From Octopus sinensis (taxonomy: Eukaryota): 5,866 nucleotides of DNA. Made by a program: the position numbers and the translations under genes. Shown in pieces: positions 1 through 5,866 of this stretch (its first letter is position 1; each line of letters opens with the position of its first letter). Location of the stretch: positions 1 to 5,866 of the forward strand of contig NW_021829689.1 in NCBI RefSeq assembly GCF_006345805.1, given 5' to 3'. The notes beneath the pieces are model-generated. The model saw only the letters and a program-made list of their open reading frames with translations, searched no databases and was not told the origin of the DNA.

Positions 1-36
1 ATACATCAAATCAATATTTCTCATTAACAACACAGT

Positions 37-163
37 GCAGATCTATATTTAAGAGATGAGTAATTATCTACATTATTTATATTTGACGGATATTTGTCCC
101 CATCTTGTTTGTTGTTAACACAACTTTTCGGCTGATATACTCGTCAGCCTTCATCAGCTGCCC
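37..163 (-). mobile_element. Inverted copy of an HHR-bearing PLE pseudo-LTR-like tail (same family as 461-568)
   Basis: The reverse complement of 63-157 aligns with 465-559 at about 80/95 identity by hand count. The minus strand reads CTGATGA-A-GGCTGA..TCAGCC-GAAA-AGTT-GTGTTAACAACAAACAAGATG. The left boundary is approximate. Confidence 0.75.
117..162 (-). ncRNA. Minimal type I hammerhead motif, degenerate
   Basis: CUGAUGA at 157-151, an extra A at 150, a 6-bp stem II GGCUGA/UCAGCC (149-144/135-130) and GAAA at 129-126. Stem III reads AAGU rather than the palindrome ACGU, and the first stem I pair is G-G, so this copy is probably inactive. Confidence 0.6.
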
Positions 164-165
164 AC

Positions 166-238
166 GGGCATATGGCGTAGTAGTTAAGAGCGCATGCTAT
201 TAGCCCCAAGATTCCGAATTTGATTCCAGGCAGTGACC
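166..238 (+). mobile_element. tRNA-derived SINE head (Pol III internal promoter)
   Basis: A-box-like TGGCGTAGTAG (173-183) and B-box-like GAATTTGATTCC (216-227) at tRNA-like spacing. There is no clean acceptor stem, so it is not a tRNA gene. Confidence 0.65.
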
Positions 239-242
239 TGGA

Positions 243-325
<83 letters not shown>

Positions 326-421
326 GCAACAACAACAGCAACAAAAATAATAACCAACAACAACAACAATAATAATAACAACAACAACAACAACAACAAT
401 AATAATAACAACAACAATAAT
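243..421. repeat. Compound trinucleotide microsatellite (TAC)n-(TAA)n-(CAA/CAG/TAA)n
   Basis: Directly visible. It accounts for the poly-L/I/N/C ORFs in the track. Confidence 0.98.
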
Positions 422-568
422 ACCTTAGGAATGAGAACCCAGATTGGAAATTTCCCCTCGACACCCGATGAAGGCTGGAGGGTACATCAACCGAAATGTT
501 GTGTTAACAACAAACAGGATGAAGACAAATATCCGTTGAATGCAAATAATGTAAATAATGTAAATAAC
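421..568 (+). mobile_element. PLE pseudo-LTR-like 3' tail containing an HHR, ending in short TAAATAATG repeats
   Basis: Contains the HHR motif at 461-504, is homologous to the inverted copy at 63-157, and ends in AAATAATGT repeats (544-568). Confidence 0.65.
461..504 (+). ncRNA. Minimal type I hammerhead motif, degenerate
   Basis: Stem I ACAC/GUGU (461-464/501-504), core CCGAUGA (465-471, U4 to C), extra A472, stem II GGCUG/CAACC with one mismatch, GAAA (493-496), then UGUU. The putative cleavage site is after 500. Combining the two copies, with the stem III palindrome inferred, gives ACAC-CUGAUGA-A-GGCUG..CAGCC-GAAA-[C]GUU-GUGU. Confidence 0.6.
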
Positions 569-789
569 ACCGTGTTTACAACACTTTTAGTTGTATATTT
601 ATTTATTTCTGTTTTGGTCGGTATTTCCTATTTGCTTCTATCTAGAAGTCAAAACGACTGTTTACTATTCGTCTGTGACCTGGACATCGTTGCTTGGAAA
701 CTGACCTATTCTCCATCACATTTCAGATTTAACGCTGAGTTACTGAAACAAAAATAATCGTACAGCAAATGTTCTGCTGAGTACCAGAG

Positions 790-930
790 ATTTTCTTGTC
801 AGTTGCTTGACCTTAACCACTTCAGCATGTCCCTTTGTGGCTGACAATATGTGCATCGCTGATCATGAGGAGGAGTTGTGCGGATGCATCATAACCGGGT
901 ATTGAGAGTGATCCTTCGTGGTTTGAATAA
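790..930. repeat. Probable decayed interspersed repeat fragment
   Basis: GTCAGTTGCTTGACCTTAACCAC..AGCATGTCCCTT.GTGGCTGAC.ATATGTGCATC resembles a repeat I recall from octopus DNA. There is no second copy in the window, so this is unverified. Confidence 0.3.
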
Positions 931-1063
931 ATATCGTAAGAAAATATAAAATAACAGTTGTTACCTAAAGACATGAGTCATGCTACAACGTGTGACCCAT
1001 TATACATTCGTATTAAATTTTTGCTGTTGATGCTGTTTAACGAATCGTGACTGAAGAGAAAGA

Positions 1064-1168
1064 TATATACACATATATATATATACATATATAAATATAC
1101 ATATATATATATATATACTTGGAAAAAGACGCATGACGTTCGATCATATATACATATATGTACATACC

Positions 1169-1203
<35 letters not shown>

Positions 1204-1210
1204 GCATATA
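1064..1210. repeat. Imperfect (TA)n/(TACA)n microsatellites, two blocks (about 1064-1118 and 1146-1210)
   Basis: Directly visible. It accounts for the YI-rich ORFs. Confidence 0.95.
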
Positions 1211-1223
1211 TGGGTACAGGATG

Positions 1224-1285
1224 TCGCGTATTGTCCTTAACTTCGACACGCGGAATAGATGAAACAGGGACAACTGATGAAGGGG
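1224..1285 (+). ncRNA. Candidate non-circularly permuted hammerhead ribozyme (one core substitution, A14 to C)
   Basis: Stem III UCGCGU(1224-1229)/ACGCGG(1248-1253). Cleavage triplet GUA at 1228-1230. An 8-bp stem I UUGUCCUU(1231-1238)/AGGGACAA(1266-1273) directly precedes CUGAUGA (1274-1280). Stem II GGGG(1282-1285)/CUUC(1241-1244) directly precedes GACA (1245-1248, in place of GAAA). Confidence 0.55.
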
Positions 1286-1420
1286 AATATTCTTTATGTT
1301 GCATTTCTCATTTCTGTTTTGTTTTTCAAAAAAGTTCTTATTGGCCATTAAGATTTGAAAAAAGTGATAGATCTGAAACGGCGGATCAGTTGAAATATGT
1401 ATGTGCATATCTAACTGCTG

Positions 1421-1590
1421 GTTTCAATTTTGGCAGAAAGCCACCGACCGTTGGATAATGCGCAAGTCGAATATATAAATCTGAATGATAAACTGGATCG
1501 TATCGATCCAGAAAGAATAAAAGGTAAAGTCGACCACGGAAGCTTTTGAATTTAGGATGTAGACCAACAAGAAATGCCGTTATGCAATTT
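1421..1590 (-). mobile_element. Decayed SINE-like repeat copy (body and 3' part)
   Basis: TTTCAATTTTGGCAGAAAGCCA...AAGTCGA...TATCGATCCAGAAAGAATAAAAGGTAAAGTCGACC parallels 1641-1795 and the reverse complement of 2508-2652. Confidence 0.55.
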
Positions 1591-1640
1591 TTTTCCAGTT
1601 TGTAACAATTATGCCATTTGGCAGCTTTATAAAATCTAAA

Positions 1641-1795
1641 TATTAATTTCAAATATGTGAACATGGCCAGCAATTTCCAGGGACTGATTAAGTTGATTAC
1701 ATTGAGGCCAGTTTTCGACAGGTACTTATATTATTCACCCCCGAATTGTTGAAAAGCTAAATCGACCCCGATGTCATTTGAAATCAGAAAGTAAA
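1641..1795 (-). mobile_element. Decayed SINE-like repeat copy
   Basis: Colinear with the reverse complement of 2508-2652, sharing CCAGCAATTTC, TACAT.GA..CCAGT and TACTTAT.TTAT. It resembles tRNA-derived octopus SINEs from memory. Confidence 0.6.
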
Positions 1796-2507
1796 TTCCT
1801 AAGAAATCTTCTGAACCATTTTTCGGCGACGTGGTGACGATTGTACCAGTTCGTCAATTTATCGTATCTCAACATGGTTAATATCCACAGAGAGATTAGT
1901 CTGTGAACCGGGAACATTAAATTTCGAGAATCCAAAACTGATATCTAATTAGCGTGGGATATTTCGTAAAGTCAACTTAAGATAATTTCCCGATCGTTTA
2001 GATCTGACATACTTTAGCTTATATCCCCAAACTCTATCAAGACCGTACCGCCATTGTCCAGACAAACATCTTTGACATCGGTTCTAGATAGGTGACGATA
2101 GATAAGAAAGTAAATTTTGATTTTCGCTCCGAAATCTATTTTGTAATGTTCCACAATATTTTAGCGAGCTTATAAAAACGCCAGAGTTGAGCTCTGTATA
2201 GAAATTATTCTTGTTGTGGCCGAAGGCTATCGTCTGTTAATAAGAGATATCTCAAGTCTAATCTTGTGGCAATTTCATTATTTCTTGTTTCATACACATA
2301 ACATGGAAATACAGTGAATTATTTAGAATATATAATAAAATGTTTAATGTTATTAATAAACATTGTTGAAGATAATTTAATCTTCAGAACTTGTTATTTC
2401 TATATATTAGATATTTTAATCATAATATAACCGTAAAAGTAGTGACCTCCGCTCTAAACCACAAAATAGACACCTCAGACTAAACTAAGAGGCACAGAAC
2501 TAGAATA

Positions 2508-2652
2508 CTGGGCAAATTCTACCAAAGTTATCTTTGCTTTACATCCGTTTCTGAGTCGATAAAATAAGTAACAGTTCAACACTGGGGTCGATGTATTTTA
2601 CTGGCCCCACCGCCGAAATTGCTGGTCTCGTGCCCAAATTTAAAATGAATAT
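2508..2652 (+). mobile_element. Decayed SINE-like repeat copy
   Basis: CAAATTCT...CTTTGCTTTACATCC...GTCGATAAAATAAGTAACAGTT...ACTGGGGTCGATGTA...AAATTGCTGGTCTCGTGCCCAAATTTAAAA, homologous to the two minus-strand copies. Confidence 0.6.
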
Positions 2653-2719
2653 ATCATTCCTTCGGTAATTAAGGCGAAAGAAATTTTTATGACATTATAT
2701 CCACCACATTAACGATTGA

Positions 2720-2826
2720 TTTCAAACACCGCGGACATCGATTTTGAGGTTGATGGTGTAAACAGATGTCAATGAGTAGAGTCGGTGTATTCGATTTTAG
2801 CAAACCGACAAAATTTCCGGTCTCGT
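2720..2826 (+). mobile_element. Highly decayed further copy of the same SINE-like repeat
   Basis: GAGTCGGTGTATTCGA...AAAATTTCCGGTCTCG parallels GGGTCGATGTA...AAATTGCTGGTCTCG at 2585-2630. Confidence 0.35.
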
Positions 2827-3527
2827 CTCTACTTCACAAAGTACTATTACTTCTCTATAATGACTGCTCTATACAGGAACATTTTTCTAAACACCCCCAG
2901 CTCCCTGAATTGAGCTGAACAATTTGTATATTCAATTCGCATCGCACGCTTTTTTGTCATATATCATTGCACTCATTATAAATACTATCATTGCATTCAG
3001 CACAAATATCAACACATACATATGTTCCGTCTCCTTTATATCGTCAATTCGTCTTAAAACAAAATAACTACAAAATGATTATTGAAGCAAATTATCTTCC
3101 CGAATTATAACCAGGAATGTTTAATTTTAAACATGAATTCTGCTGGTCGATAATGTGTTTATATTTGCTTATATTAATCAAAGAAAATTACAAAAATGAA
3201 TTATCTGTGGACAACATTGACAAACTTAGAATAATTCTAGATTCCGTAATGTTCACTATTTATTCTTCTCCATATACTATATTGTAATTCCAGCTGATAT
3301 ATCCTCGGTTTTTGATATGCAACAGACAAAAGGAAACGTTAAATATTCACTCCTACAACCTAGCAGAATGGTCTATAACAAAACCTTGATTTTTCCACCT
3401 ATAGAAATTCTTGTTGTGATCGTAAGCTCTGACCTACATAAATTATAAAGTGATTTCTCGACTTTTAGTAATTTTATTGTTTCGTAATTCACCTCCATAA
3501 CATACGAAAATACAACAAATTGTACAT

Positions 3528-3541
3528 TATATATATATATA
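3528..3541. repeat. Short (TA)n tract
   Basis: Directly visible. Confidence 0.85.
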
Positions 3542-4030
3542 GCAAATGCTTCTGTTATTAATAAACACTATTCGAGATAAGTCTTTCTTCTCAACTTGTT
3601 ATTCGCATTGATTATTCAACATAATATTCACAACACAAGCACACACTGAATAGATAAAGTTATTACTCCTGAATATTATAATCTCATTAGTATGCACTAT
3701 TGATTTTGAAATGTTATTTTGAATGTCGTTACGAGAGGAATAACTTATAATGGAACGAGATAATTCCGATAGAGTATATAAGTTTCAGTGGAGGATATTC
3801 TTGGCATATTAGGAGAGCACTATGCACTCGCCAAAAGACTTTAAAATTGTCAATATTTCTGATTTTGCAGGTTTATAATGTAATAGAGTTGTAATTTATT
3901 TTCACAATCTAATAATAGACACCCAGAAACAAAGTTTAAATGAAGCTGAAGTTGTTTTAATGCAAACGCATGCGCCCACTTCACTGACTCTAACGCACGC
4001 GCACTTGTATACACATACACTTATGCATTA

Positions 4031-4031
4031 T

Positions 4032-4072
<41 letters not shown>
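4031..4072. repeat. (TA)n microsatellite
   Basis: Directly visible. Confidence 0.95.
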
Positions 4073-4074
<2 letters not shown>

Positions 4075-4143
4075 TATTGATAAAACGGTAAGATAACAAA
4101 GAAGAAAGAGACCTCAATATTATGTAAATAGAGGAAATTTAGC

Positions 4144-4351
4144 TATACAATATGTTACAATAATCGGTAGTCAAATAAAACTCTGAGTTTCAGATGCCGA
4201 AGTGGAAATCCACAACACCATCTCTTCGGTTATCTGGCTATTTCGGTTATCTGGAAATAGCCAGATAACCGAAGAGATGGTGTTGTGGATTTCCACTTCG
4301 GCATCTGAAACTCAGAGTTTTATCTTGACTACCGAGTAATGTAACATATTG

Positions 4352-4356
<5 letters not shown>
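4144..4356. repeat. Long near-perfect palindrome (about 100-bp arms, 9-nt spacer)
   Basis: 4175-4244 is the exact reverse complement of 4254-4323 (70 bp). The outer arms continue with 2 mismatches and 1-2 single-base indels. Confidence 0.97.
4263..4325 (+). ncRNA. Type I hammerhead-like motif in the right arm (mirror copy on the minus strand at about 4173-4235)
   Basis: Stem I AGAUAA/UUAUCU (4263-4268/4320-4325), core CCGAAGA (4269-4275, U4 to C), stem II GAUG/CAUC (4276-4279/4302-4305), extra U4306, GAAA (4307-4310) and palindromic stem III ACUC-A-GAGU (4310-4318). The putative cleavage site is after U4319. Confidence 0.55.
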
Positions 4357-4427
<71 letters not shown>

Positions 4428-4442
4428 CATACATATATATAT
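4353..4442. repeat. Long (TA)n microsatellite
   Basis: Directly visible. Confidence 0.98.
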
Positions 4443-4548
4443 GATAAAAAATGAGGGTGAAAATTGGATATTAATTTGATAACATCAATTTTAACATCAC
4501 TGGTCTAGCATATAAAAAAAATGAGGTTCAGTAAATAGTATTACATAC

Positions 4549-4768
4549 ATATAAGAATGAATTTTACCACTATGTGGAAACCCTTATGCTAGAAGAAGAT
4601 CCGCTATCGTCTTAACCACAAATAATTTTTCTCTAGAAAATTTAGCAAACACCAGAAACCTTTGTGGTGTTGGGTAAATTTTCTAGAGAACAATTCGTAG
4701 TGGTTAAGACCATAGTGGATCTTCTAGCAGAAGGGTTTCCACATAGTCGTAAAATTCCCTCTTATATA
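4549..4768. repeat. Imperfect fold-back/MITE-like palindrome (about 110-bp arms, 2-nt spacer at 4659-4660)
   Basis: GAATTTTAC.ACTATGTGGAAACCCTT.TGCTAGAAG...GTCTTAACCAC...TTCTCTAGAAAATTTA..AACACCA is mirrored in 4661-4757 at roughly 85% identity, with a 3-nt indel. Both ends are TA-rich. Confidence 0.9.
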
Positions 4769-4788
4769 TATATAATATATATATATAT
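4763..4788. repeat. (TA)n tract
   Basis: Directly visible. Confidence 0.9.
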
Positions 4789-4936
4789 GTAAAACAATTA
4801 AGATTCAAATGAATTCCAGTGAATTCAAATGAATGCGGTACTTAACTGAGATGCACCAGAAATCTTTATGGTATTAACCATAAAATAATGTGGGGTGATT
4901 ATAAACAAGAAAAAAGCAACAAGAATGGATTAGTTG

Positions 4937-5025
4937 TTCAGTACAATTGTTTCATACGAAGAACATATTTATTTAAAGCTGCAAATATTGCAGCAAATAC
5001 AAGTGTCTCGTGTTCATCAGCCAAA
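4937..5025 (-). ncRNA. Type I hammerhead ribozyme with intact core
   Basis: On the minus strand: stem I UUUGG/CUGAA, CUGAUGA (5020-5014), stem II ACACGAG/UUCGUAU (6 of 7 paired), GAAA (4953-4950) and stem III palindrome ACAAUUGU (4950-4943). The GUA triplet places cleavage between 4942 and 4941. Confidence 0.7.
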
Positions 5026-5282
5026 ATACATATGAGTTTTCCAAACATCCTAGGGGGTGAGGCTACACTCATGAAGTATTGAAGAGAGTTCTATGAAAAG
5101 CAACGTTAGGTTGTAAGCAGACTTAAAATGTTCTCTAATGATGCACAGTTTTATAAAAGGTTTTTAAAAAGATTGTTAGCCTATCAGAAAAGGTAAATCC
5201 ATCCATAATAATGCAGGTGTAATTTCCGGAGATGCGAGAAAAGATTTTATTCACAGAGAAGATGAATGTATCCATAATAATG
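4988..5282. repeat. Left arm of long inverted repeat (HHR-bearing, PLE pseudo-LTR-like)
   Basis: Reverse complement of 5573-5866, with about 21 differences in 295 bp (about 93%) by hand count. Confidence 0.95.
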
Positions 5283-5532
5283 TATCCAAAAAATAATGTC
5301 CCCTTATAAATCTTAAATTCCTGCAACACTGACCCAGATTTTCTGTCACCACAGAAATAAACTAACCTTTGTAGGTCGTGTATTTACGCCCTCTTATTCC
5401 CCTATCCCTTTCCCTCCCATAATGTCCTTATTTGGGCGGCTTCTGCTTCACTGACTTCTTTTGCGACTTTTTTTAGCCACTATAGCCAATCTCTTCTTCC
5501 AACAACTTAGTTTGCGAAATGAATTGATGTGT

Positions 5533-5654
5533 GATCAACATATTTTCCTCATATATCAGGAAATTACATCTGCATTATTATGGATACATTCATCTTCTCT
5601 GTGAATAAAATCTGTCCTCATATCTCCGGAAATTACACCTGCATTATTATGGAT
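5533..5654 (+). repeat. Degenerate tandem duplication with a 69-bp period
   Basis: TCCTCATATATCAGGAAATTACATCTGCATTATTATGGAT (5546-5585) versus TCCTCATATCTCCGGAAATTACACCTGCATTATTATGGAT (5615-5654). Confidence 0.85.
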
Positions 5655-5866
5655 GTGTTTACCTTTTCTGATAAGCTAACAATCTTTTTAGAAACCTTTT
5701 ATAAAACTGTGTATCATTAGAAAACATTTTAAGTCTGCTTACAATCTAACTTTGCTTTTCATAGAACTCTCTTCGATACTTCATGAGTGTAGCCTTACCC
5801 CGAGGATGTTTGGAAAACTCATATGTGTTCTGGCTGATGAATACAGGACACTTGTATTTGCTGCAA
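5573..5866. repeat. Right arm of long inverted repeat, truncated by the window end; carries CTGATGA at 5834-5840
   Basis: The complementarity to 4988-5282 runs to the last base of the window. Confidence 0.95.

Noticed and set aside
141-147. Second CUGACGA on the minus strand
   Set aside because: It lies inside stem II and loop II of the 117-162 motif, with no stem leading to GAAA in register.
166-238. Functional tRNA gene
   Set aside because: The acceptor and anticodon stems do not pair cleanly, the B box is degenerate, and it runs into repeat sequence. A SINE head fits better.
144-757. ORFs of 106, 77 and 174 aa
   Set aside because: They are homopolymer runs read through the trinucleotide microsatellite, which lacks stops in those frames. 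The flanks are repeat sequence.
1051-1057. CTGAAGA as an HHR core
   Set aside because: I found no stem II with GAAA and no UH site with stem I in register.
1120-1140. GGAAAAAGACGCATGAC as an inverted remnant of 1222-1236
   Set aside because: The match is too short and gapped to distinguish from chance.
1224-1384. Conventional type III HHR using GAAACGGCGG at 1375-1384
   Set aside because: It needs a stem II region of about 94 nt closed by only 3 bp and a bulged stem III. The permuted pairing is more compact and fully in register.
978-1673. ORFs of 108, 123, 82 and 95 aa
   Set aside because: They read through (TA)n tracts and decayed repeats and show no recognisable domain.
2367-2387. Minus-strand CTGAAGA within the hairpin TGAAGAT/ATCTTCA
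   Set aside because: No GAAA or stems I and III follow. It is a short AT-rich hairpin expected by chance.
3286-3447. Short open frame containing ADISSVFD, faintly like an RT motif
   Set aside because: No other RT motifs occur in frame or nearby.
3855-3895. Splice-acceptor-like TTTCTGATTTTGCAG
   Set aside because: All three downstream frames stop within about 25 nt and no donor or exon support is visible.
4144-4768. CRISPR array or bacterial terminators
   Set aside because: There is no repeat-spacer periodicity, and the context is microsatellite-rich eukaryotic DNA.
4801-4836. 10-bp periodic GAATTCAAAT-like repeat
   Set aside because: About three and a half degenerate units, consistent with ordinary slippage.
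4888-5329. ORFs of 64 aa on each strand
   Set aside because: They are short, lie within the inverted repeat and ribozyme region, and have no recognisable domain. The 69-bp repeat being in frame is not enough evidence of coding.

Overview
AT-rich, non-coding, repeat-dense eukaryotic DNA. I find no credible protein-coding gene; the ORF-track calls come from microsatellites or repeats. The repeat motifs and long (TA)n tracts resemble octopod/cephalopod genomic DNA as I recall it, which is an unverified inference. The main signal, found by hand-pairing both strands, is a cluster of hammerhead ribozyme (HHR) motifs from four apparently unrelated repeat families. Three families resemble the small type I HHRs of Penelope-like element (PLE) pseudo-LTRs, with palindromic stem III, and each sits in a divergently oriented inverted repeat: 63-157/465-559, 4144-4356 and 4988-5282/5573-5866+. 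The HHR on the minus strand at 4937-5025 has a fully intact catalytic core. One family forms the 3' tail of a tRNA-headed, microsatellite-containing SINE-like element at 166-568. The fourth motif, at 1224-1285, has its three HHR strands in a non-circularly permuted (scrambled) order. The window also holds a fold-back without an HHR (4549-4768) and several decayed copies of a SINE-like repeat. None of the ribozyme calls has been tested computationally or experimentally.
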